Below, piece after piece: positions 40,297 to 50,059 of a DNA stretch of 64,000 nucleotides. The DNA comes from a virus: positions 1 to 64,000 of IMG/VR virus record IMGVR_UViG_3300036893_000049; one strand, given 5' to 3'. The position numbers were made by a program, and so were the translations under genes. Numbering within the stretch: position 1 is the first letter of the stretch; the number at the start of each line of letters is the position of its first letter. Below the pieces are notes generated by a model, which saw only the letters and a list, made by a program, of their open reading frames with translations, did no database searches and was not told the origin of the DNA.

Positions 40297-41727
40297 ATGA
40301 CAAACGGCTATAACCCGATCGTGCAGGTAAACGTATCGGTGCAACAGGCACCGGCGCCCAGCACGTTGCAGCGGAACGTGGCGTTCATTTCGCAGGGCGC
40401 CACTAATCTGGCGGCTGGCACTTATTCTTTGTTGACCGTCGCATCGAGCCTCACGCCGCTCCTAAGTGGCGCGTTATCCCTGACCGGGATTACGCAGAGC
40501 GCGGGTACCGCGACGGCCACGGCCGCCGCGCCGCACGGCTATACCATAGGCGACCAGGTGTTTCTGATAATGACGGGCGGCACGGGGTCGTCGGTCGCCT
40601 ATAATGGCGCCTTTATCTGCACCGCAACGACAACGACGCAGTTCACCTATCCGGTTCCTGGCGGAACCCCGGCGACCGGTGTCGGCACGTTCATTTATAC
40701 CCCACAAGATGTTGCCGAACTTGTCGCGATGAACACGACATTTTTCGCGCAGGGTAGCGCGGCCTCGGTTTACGTTCTGGAACTCGGCATCCTTCAACCC
40801 ACGTTAGGGCCGACCGAACTCCAGACCTGGATCACGGCCAACCCAGGAGTGTTCTATGCGTATCTGGTGCCGCGGTTGTGGTGCGTCCTGACCTCGTTCT
40901 ATACGCTCGCCGCGAATTACACGAGCCCAACAGCGAAGACCTATTTTCACCTTACGACCACGCTTGCCTATTGGCAGGCGAATCCTTCGAGTTTCGCGAC
41001 AACGCTGAAAAGTGTTATCGCGAGCATTGAGGCGCCAGCCGTGGCTGCCGCCGCCGTCTCTGGAACGGCGACCGAGTTCAGCGCCGCCGCGTTCTTTTAT
41101 TCGACAGCGAACCTCAATCCGAATGCTGGTATTCCGGTCACTCAGGCAGCCTATACTTTCCTGTATGGTGTGACGCCATACCCCGTGGCGGGAAATTCGG
41201 CATTGTTCGCATCGCTGAAAACCGCCAATATCAACTATGTCGGGACCGGAGCCGAAGGCGGTCTCGCCTCCAATCTGATTGAGTTCTACGGCAAGACGCT
41301 TGACGGAAACGACTTCAACAAGTTTTGGTTTTCCATCGATAATGTGCAGATCAATCTTGAGTTAAACACCGCGAATGCCATCATCAACGGGTCGAATAAT
41401 ACTCTGGCCCCCCTTAACTATAACCAGTCCGGCGTCAACACTTTGCAAGCCGTCGCGGGACAGACCATGCAATCTGAAATTGGTCTCGGTCTTGCCCTTG
41501 GCGCGCTGGTCCTGACGCAGATGACCGCCGCGAACTTCGCCGCCGCCGTCGCCAACGGACAATTCATCGGACAGGTCGTGGTCAATGCGGTGCCGTTCCA
41601 GTCGTATGTGACGCTGAATCCGACACAGTACCCTCTTGGGGTCTATGGCGGCCTGTATGTCGCCTATACGGTGCAACTTGGCTTCGAACAAATCATCTAT
41701 AACATCACCGCTTCGACGTTCGCGTAA
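40297..41727 (+). CDS. tail sheath protein
   Basis: 476 aa; NINYVGTGAEGG, AIINGSN..PLNYNQ; precedes a tube-sized gene. Confidence 0.75.
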   Translation: MTNGYNPIVQVNVSVQQAPAPSTLQRNVAFISQGATNLAAGTYSLLTVASSLTPLLSGALSLTGITQSAGTATATAAAPHGYTIGDQVFLIMTGGTGSSVAYNGAFICTATTTTQFTYPVPGGTPATGVGTFIYTPQDVAELVAMNTTFFAQGSAASVYVLELGILQPTLGPTELQTWITANPGVFYAYLVPRLWCVLTSFYTLAANYTSPTAKTYFHLTTTLAYWQANPSSFATTLKSVIASIEAPAVAAAAVSGTATEFSAAAFFYSTANLNPNAGIPVTQAAYTFLYGVTPYPVAGNSALFASLKTANINYVGTGAEGGLASNLIEFYGKTLDGNDFNKFWFSIDNVQINLELNTANAIINGSNNTLAPLNYNQSGVNTLQAVAGQTMQSEIGLGLALGALVLTQMTAANFAAAVANGQFIGQVVVNAVPFQSYVTLNPTQYPLGVYGGLYVAYTVQLGFEQIIYNITASTFA

Positions 41728-41738
41728 GGAGCCCGAAA

Positions 41739-42200
41739 ATGTCAGGCACGAATAGCGGCAATCCGCAAATCCCGCAGGGCGTCATCAATCTTGGCCGCGT
41801 TAGTTTTCAGGTGCCGAATTATCAAAATCTGAATGTCACGCCTCCGTTCATGGGCGCGGGCGGCCTGTCGTTCTCTCGGGGTGGTCCTTCCACGACATTC
41901 ATTAACACCCTGACTGGACGGGTCAGATCGCCGGAGCCCTTTCAGCCAGTCACGATCACCGTCCATCTGGTGCGCTCTCAGGCACTCGCGGCGGCATGGG
42001 AAGCACAATTACAGTTGTGGTCCCTCCTCGGACCCACGACGGTCTATACCGACTCCCGCATGTTGCCGACTTACAGTTTTTACGAGTGCGCCATCGATAA
42101 CGTCGGTGAGATCGTTTCAAACGCGAAGTCGGCCGAGTACATGGTCACCATTGGCGGGACGCTCCCGATCAATAGTAATCTTTGGGCGCTGATTGCGTGA
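41739..42200 (+). CDS. tail tube protein
   Basis: 153 aa after sheath. Confidence 0.65.
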   Translation: MSGTNSGNPQIPQGVINLGRVSFQVPNYQNLNVTPPFMGAGGLSFSRGGPSTTFINTLTGRVRSPEPFQPVTITVHLVRSQALAAAWEAQLQLWSLLGPTTVYTDSRMLPTYSFYECAIDNVGEIVSNAKSAEYMVTIGGTLPINSNLWALIA

Positions 42201-42781
42201 AAATCGACCGGAAACTAAACCTCGTCCAGACCTTTGATACCTCCGCGGGGACGGTTCACGTCCATTCGGTGCCGATATCATACGAAACCTGCCGCCAGTA
42301 TTCTTTCATCATACGAAAGACATACTCGCAAATCGTCAACAACGGATTGTTTCCCAGCGGCGGCGCGTCGGTTGCCATCGAAATGATGGAGAGGATCGCG
42401 AAACTCGATAACGTCTGGGAAGGTTCCGATGGCGTCCGCGATGGGTTGCGGGCGGAAATCCGGCAGCGAACAAATGTCATTATCCCGACACCCCAGGGCT
42501 GGAAGACGATTCCCTACGCCCATGCTTTGGAACAAAATCTTTTCGACCAGGAAGATGTCGATGAGATGGAAGGCGCCATCGTTTTTTTTACCTGTGCCTC
42601 TTTAGTGTTGAGGAGCCAGAACGATCAACAGAGGATGACGATTCTGTTGAACGTGATGGAATTTCAGTGGCACACGCGGACTACATCGTTGGATTGTATG
42701 GCGCACGCCGCTTCCTTGCCGATGTCGATGCCGGTCGAGAGTTCTGGCGAGACGATGCCGGTATCGTCGGTGCCACGCTAG
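42197..42781 (+). CDS. tail assembly chaperone
   Basis: between tube and tape measure; contains a G-T8 run. Confidence 0.6.
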   Translation: MKIDRKLNLVQTFDTSAGTVHVHSVPISYETCRQYSFIIRKTYSQIVNNGLFPSGGASVAIEMMERIAKLDNVWEGSDGVRDGLRAEIRQRTNVIIPTPQGWKTIPYAHALEQNLFDQEDVDEMEGAIVFFTCASLVLRSQNDQQRMTILLNVMEFQWHTRTTSLDCMAHAASLPMSMPVESSGETMPVSSVPR

Positions 42782-42893
42782 ACTGGGCGGCGACCGATGG
42801 GTTCATGGAGTGCGTCGGCGCCAAGGCGCGGGGTCAATGGACTGATGTCAGTTCATTCCGCCAACGGCATCTGATCGCGGCGTTAAGGAGGGT

Positions 42894-44621
42894 GTGATGC
42901 CGCGCACGGTATTTTCTGTGGATGTGGATCGATCTCAATTCGATTCGTATGTATCCGCATTCAATGACTATCAGGCTCAACTCGGCAAGATGGAGGGATC
43001 GTGGAATGCGGCCAGCAATGCCGCGGTGGGTGCCGAAAGCGCCTCTCTCGGTATGGTCGATACCCTCGCGGCGAGCGCTGCGTCGGCAGTTCTGATTGGG
43101 GATGCTCTGCAACGAACCGAGGCCGCCAGCGGAAGGGCGTCAAACAATTTCGGCAAACTCGCGGAGCATGCCAAGGGAATCGCCTCGTCCCTGCTTTCCG
43201 CGACGGTCAGTCTCGCGAAATGGTCTGTCCTGTCCCTGGGCGCGGGACTTATCGGCGGCGGGGTCGGTCTCTTCGGATTGGACCGTCTCGGGGAGTCGGT
43301 CGCCGCGACGCGCCGGACCTCGCAGGGGCTTGGCATTTCGGCCGGTGAACTACAGGCGTTCAATGTCAATTACGGAACGCGGCTTGGGCTTGGCACGGAT
43401 TTTCTGAATACGGTTCAGGGCGCGCAATCGGACCTCGGCCAACAATGGAAATTCTCTGCCCTTGGTATTCCGCAATCCGAGGTGGGTGGCGACACCGCGA
43501 CCTTGACGACCGATGTAATTCGCCGCGCCCACGCGCTCTGGCAACAGGCTGGACCTCAAGGGCATAACGTTCAATGGATGCAGGCTCATGGTCTTGATGG
43601 GATCATGGGATTCAACCAATGGCAGGCTATCGGCCGTCAGTCAGATAGCGATCTGGACAGGTGGGGCGCTCAATACCGACGCGATGCCGGGACAATGAAT
43701 CCGACCGATCCGACGCAAAAAGCCTGGGTCGAATTTACGACGCAACTTGATCGGGCGGCGAAGCAGATCGAGGCGGTATTTATTACAGGCGCGAGTCCGT
43801 TGCTTCCGGCCCTGGAAACATTCTCAAAATCCATTGAGAAAATGATCGCTAACTTTTTTGGCAATGCGAGCATCGAACAGCATATCAAAAACCTTGGCAA
43901 GGCATTGGAGGGGTTTGGAACCTATCTCGGGTCGGATAAGTTTATTGACGATGTGAAGAAGTTCGCTGATGGAATCAGTTATGCAGTCGATAAGGTCGAG
44001 AATATCTTACGCATTCTTGGCATCATGGCACCAACGGCGGCGCAACAGGCGATGCAGGGGCTGCCCTCGGCTTTCAAGTCGGGAGAGGATACGATCGGCG
44101 GATTGACGTTCCGGCAGACGATTGGGCTCGATCCGAAGCCCGCTGGGTATGATATGGATTTTGGGCCACTCGAACAGAAAGTCGGTCTTCCGCCAGGAGT
44201 ATTGAGGGGCCTTGCGATAACTGAGTCCGGCATGACACCGCATCCTTCTGATCGCTTCGCCGCTGGAGAGTTGCATCGCGGCATGTTCCAAATGTCAGAC
44301 ACCATGCTCGGCCGCTATGGAATCCAAAATCCCTATGATGCGGATCAGGAATCCAAGGCCGCGGCGATTGAGGAAAGCGCCTATCTTCAACGGTTCAATG
44401 GCAACATCGCGGCGGCTATCGCGGCTTGGAATGAAGGTCCTGGCGCGGTTGAATCGCAGATGGAAAAGGCACGGCGGCAGGGCGGTAACTGGCTCGATTA
44501 TGCCGGTAAGGGCGTGCAGAAATATGTCAACGATGTCGCCGGACGCATGAATATCAGTGTCCAGGTCCTAAACCAAACCGGCGCCGCTGTCGCGGTCCTC
44601 TTGAACGGTGCCCGGCAGTGA
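42894..44621 (+). CDS. tape measure protein with C-terminal lytic transglycosylase
   Basis: Ala/Gly-rich helical body; SLT motifs ITESG, GMFQM, AAWNEG. Confidence 0.85.
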   Translation: MMPRTVFSVDVDRSQFDSYVSAFNDYQAQLGKMEGSWNAASNAAVGAESASLGMVDTLAASAASAVLIGDALQRTEAASGRASNNFGKLAEHAKGIASSLLSATVSLAKWSVLSLGAGLIGGGVGLFGLDRLGESVAATRRTSQGLGISAGELQAFNVNYGTRLGLGTDFLNTVQGAQSDLGQQWKFSALGIPQSEVGGDTATLTTDVIRRAHALWQQAGPQGHNVQWMQAHGLDGIMGFNQWQAIGRQSDSDLDRWGAQYRRDAGTMNPTDPTQKAWVEFTTQLDRAAKQIEAVFITGASPLLPALETFSKSIEKMIANFFGNASIEQHIKNLGKALEGFGTYLGSDKFIDDVKKFADGISYAVDKVENILRILGIMAPTAAQQAMQGLPSAFKSGEDTIGGLTFRQTIGLDPKPAGYDMDFGPLEQKVGLPPGVLRGLAITESGMTPHPSDRFAAGELHRGMFQMSDTMLGRYGIQNPYDADQESKAAAIEESAYLQRFNGNIAAAIAAWNEGPGAVESQMEKARRQGGNWLDYAGKGVQKYVNDVAGRMNISVQVLNQTGAAVAVLLNGARQ

Positions 44622-45328
44622 GTGCGTCTATCCTCTCTCCGGTTTTCGCCGCGGCATACGAAATTTCACCGATATTCCTGACCGGCGGCATCGCGGCAAC
44701 GATCGGCTCGGCCGCCGGTTCCGCGTTCGGCGGCAGCATTGGGGCCGGCGTATCATCGGTCATCGGTGGTGCATTGCCACTGATTGCGTTTACCGAGGGG
44801 GTTGATTTTCTCGCGGCGGCCTTGGCCGGCGGTTTGCCATCCTCGCCGTTCGCCCGGTTCACCGTCATCCCCTCAGGAAAACTGATATCACAGCAAATCG
44901 CGCACTATCCGTTTGCCAATCAGGCGGTCGCTGCCAATGCGGTCATTACGGAGCCCCTGACGGTCTCTGTGCGGATGGACTGCCCCGCCGCCGAACCTGG
45001 GGCCTATGTGTCCAAACTGGCCGTTATGACCGCCCTACAGGCCGCGCTGAGTGCTCATAATGCGTCGGGTGGTCTCTATACGGTCCTGACACCGTCCTTC
45101 CCTTACGTCAATCTCATCATGACGGCCTTCACGGATATCTCCGGCAGCGGATCGAACCAGGTGCAATATCAGTGGCAGTTCGACTTTGAACAGCCTCTGG
45201 TAACCCTGGCGGCGGCGCAACAGGCATATTCGTCGCTATTGAACAAGTTCAGCGGCGGGACACAGATCACCGGAATGCCGTCATGGACCGCACCGGGGAA
45301 TGTTGGCCCGGCGGTGCCGGTATCATGA
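44618..45328 (+). CDS. baseplate/tail tube initiator protein
   Basis: YPFANQAVAANA, WQFDFEQPL; synteny. Confidence 0.6.
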   Translation: MSASILSPVFAAAYEISPIFLTGGIAATIGSAAGSAFGGSIGAGVSSVIGGALPLIAFTEGVDFLAAALAGGLPSSPFARFTVIPSGKLISQQIAHYPFANQAVAANAVITEPLTVSVRMDCPAAEPGAYVSKLAVMTALQAALSAHNASGGLYTVLTPSFPYVNLIMTAFTDISGSGSNQVQYQWQFDFEQPLVTLAAAQQAYSSLLNKFSGGTQITGMPSWTAPGNVGPAVPVS

Positions 45329-45597
45329 GCGGATTGATTTCGTTTACGCCAACCAGTACGGCGCCATTTCAGTTCGGCGCCACACTCGACGGGACGAACT
45401 ACACCTGTCAGGTCCGATGGAACGTATCGGCGCAGCGCTGGTATCTTTTCATTTTCGATATCTCGGGATCGGTGGTTCTGACGCGGGCGCTGATCGCGAG
45501 TCCGCCGGGATATGGAATCAATATGATATATGGGTTGTTTCTGACCTCGGTTATGTATTTCTGGGATGCGACGCAGAGTTTTCAGGTGATTCCGTAG
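45325..45597 (+). CDS. baseplate plug-like protein
   Basis: PFQFGATLDG.NY...WNVSAQRWY. Confidence 0.6.
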   Translation: MSGLISFTPTSTAPFQFGATLDGTNYTCQVRWNVSAQRWYLFIFDISGSVVLTRALIASPPGYGINMIYGLFLTSVMYFWDATQSFQVIP

Positions 45598-45605
45598 GAG
45601 GAACG

Positions 45606-45818
45606 ATGGATACGCTTAATCTTAACGATGTGGTTTCTGTGGAACCGGGTGTCTCTGGGAAATCCGTTATGATGATGCTTGTCGAAGTTGAGGCTATTGA
45701 TGGAAAGATCGTGGGGTCTGCACTATCCGCTGGTTATCATATCGATCAATGTGCGTTGCCTGGGCGGCTCATTTATACGATCACGTCTCCAATTGATCGC
45801 GAGAAATGTCCGAAATGA
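45606..45818 (+). CDS. small inserted hypothetical protein
   Basis: AGGAGG Shine-Dalgarno; MDTLNLNDVV... Confidence 0.5.
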   Translation: MDTLNLNDVVSVEPGVSGKSVMMMLVEVEAIDGKIVGSALSAGYHIDQCALPGRLIYTITSPIDREKCPK

Positions 45819-45867
45819 CCCGCTCATGCCACAAGATGTAGTATCGGCGGGGCGTGACAAGCCGGGT

Positions 45868-45896
45868 TTGCAATCCTCAACATTAAGGCATATAAT
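45868..45896 (+). promoter_or_regulatory. strong sigma70 promoter
   Basis: TTGCAA-N17-TATAAT. Confidence 0.8.
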
Positions 45897-45901
45897 AAAT
45901 T

Positions 45902-46036
45902 TGCTTATCCGTCTATCATACCAGAAGAGGCGGTATCTGGTTGTCGGTCCAGGCAGCCCACGCGCGGAGAACGGACCTGATACTCCGCCAGGGCAAGCGT
46001 CCGGTTCAATTCCACGCATAGCCGGATAAGCATTTT
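45902..46036 (+). ncRNA. structured tRNA-like ncRNA candidate
   Basis: closing stem TGCTTATCCG/CGGATAAGCA + TTTT, D-like arm, pseudoknotted arm, T-loop GG-TTCAATT-CC. Confidence 0.65.
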
Positions 46037-47072
46037 GCGTTATTATCTGATCCAAATTTTTCCGCCCGGCTCGGACCCTGGTTCCGCGCCGGTATTCCGG
46101 GAATACACGTCATTTCCAAACGGGCAAAGCGATCCTGGTGCTCTGAATATCGTTTTGGATATCTATCAATACACCTTTGGCGATGCCCTACCATTAAGTG
46201 TCGTGCAAATTTACGGTATAGATATCCGGGATGTTTCCCAGGTCAGCAATTTTACGAACTGCAATATTATGATCTGGGCGGGTTTCCAAAAAGGCTTGCC
46301 ACTCAATAACTCAGCGCAAGCCGGGCTGCTCTTATCAGGCATCATCTGGCAGGCGTTCGGTAATTGGCAGGGCACGGAAATGGTCCTGGATTTCGTGGTC
46401 TCTCCGCCGGGCGCCATCGCGGCACAGAACACGAATTTCTCTTTCAGTTGGACGGCTGGAACCCCGCTTTCTTCCGCTTTGGCGACCACGCTCACGAACG
46501 GTTTCCCGAAAATCAAGCAGAACATCCAGATCAGCCCAAATTTAATTATTGGGCATGACGAGAACGGCGTCTACCAGTCCATGCCGCCATTCGCGCAAAC
46601 CCTGAAATCCCTCACGGCGGCGGCCATCGGTGGCACTTATCCCGGCGTCGATATTATCTGGACGCCAACCCAGATCAATGTGTTCGACGGCACGGCGCAG
46701 CAGACACCGAAACAGATCGCATTTCAGGACCTCATCGGACAGCCGGTGTGGATCGGGCCGCTCACGATACAGTTCATGTGCCCCATGCGCGCCGATATCA
46801 GTGTCGGAACATTCGTCACGATGCCGAAAGCGTCAACCGGAGGCGCATATCCAGCCTATTCTCCTGGTGCCGCCGTTACAACATCAGCCGCGCAACCGCA
46901 GGCACGGCAGAGCAGCATCTTCAACGGAACCTTCAACGTGATCCTCGTGCATCACATGGGCATCTTTCGGCAGCCTGACGGAACAGCATGGGTAACGGTA
47001 TTCAACGCCTATGTGACGACACCGGAGCCCGTTCCGACTGTCACCATTGAATCGTTATCGTTCGGCCCATGA
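46035..47072 (+). CDS. baseplate hub protein
   Basis: 345 aa; FGNWQG, DLIGQPVW, HMGIFRQPDG..W. Confidence 0.7.
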   Translation: MRYYLIQIFPPGSDPGSAPVFREYTSFPNGQSDPGALNIVLDIYQYTFGDALPLSVVQIYGIDIRDVSQVSNFTNCNIMIWAGFQKGLPLNNSAQAGLLLSGIIWQAFGNWQGTEMVLDFVVSPPGAIAAQNTNFSFSWTAGTPLSSALATTLTNGFPKIKQNIQISPNLIIGHDENGVYQSMPPFAQTLKSLTAAAIGGTYPGVDIIWTPTQINVFDGTAQQTPKQIAFQDLIGQPVWIGPLTIQFMCPMRADISVGTFVTMPKASTGGAYPAYSPGAAVTTSAAQPQARQSSIFNGTFNVILVHHMGIFRQPDGTAWVTVFNAYVTTPEPVPTVTIESLSFGP

Positions 47073-47635
47073 ACGGCAATTTTCAGCGTACCCCTATCGG
47101 CGAATCGATTCAACGGATCGCGCGGGAAGGCGTTGGGACGCAGCTACAGCGCGAGGCCAAGGCACTTCCTTGTTCCGTGGTCTCTGTCAACGGCCAATTC
47201 GTTACCGTGAAATTCGAGGTGAACTCTGGAATATTCACGTTGCCGAACATCACGATTCCGATCAATACCAGTGAATACGATTGGATTCCGGTTCAGGTCG
47301 GGGACCTGGGCTACACTCAGGCCGCCGATGTCGCGCTCGCGGCGGTGAGTGGGGTTAGCTCGAATGTCCCCAATCTGGTGCAGGGGATGAACCTGACCTC
47401 TTTGGTGTTCCAACCGATATCCAATATGGCGTGGACGGTCGCGAACTCCAATCAGCGGATTGTGCAGGGTCCATCTGGCGCGGTGATACAGGTAACCGGC
47501 GGCGCGACAAGCCTGACCGTCACATCGAGTGGCATTTTCCTGAAAACAACAAGGCTCAATGTGGCGACGCTTCCAACTTCTCCTGGTGCGGCAGGGGATA
47601 TCTATAACCATTCTGGGACCCTGATGGTATCATGA
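47069..47635 (+). CDS. baseplate spike protein
   Basis: LPCSVVSV...IPVQVGDLG OB-fold pattern. Confidence 0.7.
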   Translation: MNGNFQRTPIGESIQRIAREGVGTQLQREAKALPCSVVSVNGQFVTVKFEVNSGIFTLPNITIPINTSEYDWIPVQVGDLGYTQAADVALAAVSGVSSNVPNLVQGMNLTSLVFQPISNMAWTVANSNQRIVQGPSGAVIQVTGGATSLTVTSSGIFLKTTRLNVATLPTSPGAAGDIYNHSGTLMVS

Positions 47636-47982
47636 GAATCTGGGGAAGAATCCCAGCATCGCCCGGCGCACCGCCGACGATATGGGTTGAGGTCACAACA
47701 GATGCCAATGGTGAGAACGGGAATGTCTATCTGACGAATCTGTGCCAATGCCTGGCACTCAATCTCAATGAAGACCCATTTTTCAGTCAGTACGGAATCC
47801 CGGCGCAACCATCTGTTCTCAGTCAGATATTCCCAGATTACAACACGAATTTAACGCAGCAACAGTTCCAGCAGTATTTCGCGCTTCTGACGATTAAGAA
47901 GCGGTCTTCGCCGACGCCAACATACGACATCACCGCGATTACATTTTCCGGGACCATTCTGACAGCACAGGTGCCGGTATGA
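47632..47982 (+). CDS. baseplate wedge/sheath initiator protein
   Basis: LNLNEDPFF..YGIP. Confidence 0.65.
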   Translation: MRIWGRIPASPGAPPTIWVEVTTDANGENGNVYLTNLCQCLALNLNEDPFFSQYGIPAQPSVLSQIFPDYNTNLTQQQFQQYFALLTIKKRSSPTPTYDITAITFSGTILTAQVPV

Positions 47983-49403
47983 GCGAATCGACGCTTCCTA
48001 ATGTGATGACCCCACTGGGACTCCAGCCGCAGACGCCAGCGCAATTGAACAACCAAATTTATACGGTGGCCTTGTCGCTTTCTCCTGGCCTTACGGTCCT
48101 CCCAGGGACGCTGGTCGCGGATATGGGAGGCACGGCGACTGGCGCCGCTGTCGTGATGGAATATATGCGAGTCGATGTCGTCAATTCCATCTCGCCGCTA
48201 CTCGCGAACCCTTTCCTGCTCTACCAACTCGGAGCGGTTTACGGTGTGCAGCAGGGACAAGGCAGCAATGCTTCGGTTTACGTCGTCTTCACGGGATCGT
48301 CGGCCGGGTTTGTCATCCCAATCGGGTTCACCGTCTCGGACGGATCGAATAATTACACTATTCAGGACGGCGGCATCATCGGGTCGAGTTTGCAAAGCCC
48401 GCCGCTTTTCGCGCTCTGCACGAATTCAAATCAGTTCGCTATTCCCGCCGGATCGGTCACGACGATCAGAACGTCAGTCCCAGGCGGATATACGCTCAGT
48501 GTCACAAATCCCCTCGCGGGGACGCCACTGGAATCGCAACAGACGATCGCCAGTTTCCGGTCCCAGGTCGTACAGGCTGGCCTTGTCGCTTCGGTTGGAA
48601 CGCCCGCTTTTCTGAAGACATTGATTACCAACGTCTCAGGTGTGAATCCATTCCTGGTGTCGGTTGCCTCCGTCCCTGGTACGGGATGGAAAATCATTGT
48701 TGGCGGGTCCGGCGACCCTTATCAGATCGCGAACGCGATCCTACAGGGGGTGGGGTCCGTTGCCTTTTTAACGGGCTCGACCATCGGCGTGGCAAATTTC
48801 ACTGCCGCCGCGAATGGTGTCTGTACAACCACGATCAATCACGGTTATTCGACCGGACAGGCCGTTACGGTTGCTGGTGCCTCGCCGGGTGGATATAATC
48901 AGACCTACGCTTCAATTACGGTCGTGGACGAAAAAACGTTCCAGTCCAACGTAAATACGTCAGGGTATGGTGCATGGACGAGCGGGGGCGTCTGCACGCC
49001 GAACTTCCGAAATCAATCAGTTAGCATCAATGATTATCCTGACACCTATACAATTCCATTTGTTGTTCCGCCCTCCCAGACTGTTGCGATGTCGGTGTCA
49101 TGGAATACGATATCCGTCAATTTTGTCTCCGCGACGGCAGTTGCCTCTTTGGCGGGCGCGGCGCTGGCGAATTATGTGAACAGTCTACCTATTGGTGCGC
49201 CGTTGAATGTTGACGTGATGATCCAGATATTCCAGACCGCCGTTGTTTCGATCCTCCCGGCGGCGCTGATTTCCATCGTGACGTTCTCAGTGACCATCAA
49301 TGGCGTCGCGACCTCTCCCGCTGGCGGAACGGTTCTTGTGTACGGCGACCCTGAGTCCTTCTTCACAACGACCGCGGCTTCAATCGTGGTGACGCAGATA
49401 TGA
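47979..49403 (+). CDS. baseplate J-like wedge protein
   Basis: VVFTG..GFVIPIG, VTNP, GGSGDPYQIANAI. Confidence 0.8.
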   Translation: MSESTLPNVMTPLGLQPQTPAQLNNQIYTVALSLSPGLTVLPGTLVADMGGTATGAAVVMEYMRVDVVNSISPLLANPFLLYQLGAVYGVQQGQGSNASVYVVFTGSSAGFVIPIGFTVSDGSNNYTIQDGGIIGSSLQSPPLFALCTNSNQFAIPAGSVTTIRTSVPGGYTLSVTNPLAGTPLESQQTIASFRSQVVQAGLVASVGTPAFLKTLITNVSGVNPFLVSVASVPGTGWKIIVGGSGDPYQIANAILQGVGSVAFLTGSTIGVANFTAAANGVCTTTINHGYSTGQAVTVAGASPGGYNQTYASITVVDEKTFQSNVNTSGYGAWTSGGVCTPNFRNQSVSINDYPDTYTIPFVVPPSQTVAMSVSWNTISVNFVSATAVASLAGAALANYVNSLPIGAPLNVDVMIQIFQTAVVSILPAALISIVTFSVTINGVATSPAGGTVLVYGDPESFFTTTAASIVVTQI

Positions 49404-50059
49404 GCGAGACACAATACGTCTCCCCCAACGCGGTTTATGATGGAGGCTTAACGTATGTGCCTGGAATACTTCCAGCATATGTTTATCAGGAATATGCTGA
49501 CGACGACAATATCCGAGCGTTTTTCACGTCATATAATAACCTGGCGACGCAATATCTCCTTTGGTTCAGTTCGCTCAACCTGCCGATCTATACCGGCGGC
49601 ATCATCGCGGGTGCGCTGCTTGATTGGGTCGCGCTCGGATTGTATGGGATCATCCGGCCATCGATCACGACGGGCTCTGTGTTTTATGAGGGTGCCACGA
49701 ACACTGTGCCGACAAACGTTGTCGCCACGAACAGCCAGCTTCAAAGTTCGACCGAAGCGTTGCAATCGACCTCGGACGATATCTTCCGCCGCGTTATCAC
49801 TTGGAATTTCTACAAAGGCGATGGATTCGTGTTCAATATGCAGTGGTTGAAACGGCGCGTATTCCGGTTCCTGAATGGTCCGAACGGTGTCTCTCCGGTT
49901 ATAGACCAGACCTATACCGTGAGTTGCACCGTAACAGGAAATACGTTCGCCGTTGTTGTCGCGACCGGAGATGCCGGGACAATCGCGTTACTCAATAATC
50001 TGATCGGTTCCGGCGCCTGCGCGATTCCGTTTCAATATGTAGTGACGGTGGCGACATGA
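49400..50059 (+). CDS. baseplate wedge protein (follows J)
   Basis: GALLDWVA.GLYG, DDIFRRVITW. Confidence 0.7.
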   Translation: MSETQYVSPNAVYDGGLTYVPGILPAYVYQEYADDDNIRAFFTSYNNLATQYLLWFSSLNLPIYTGGIIAGALLDWVALGLYGIIRPSITTGSVFYEGATNTVPTNVVATNSQLQSSTEALQSTSDDIFRRVITWNFYKGDGFVFNMQWLKRRVFRFLNGPNGVSPVIDQTYTVSCTVTGNTFAVVVATGDAGTIALLNNLIGSGACAIPFQYVVTVAT

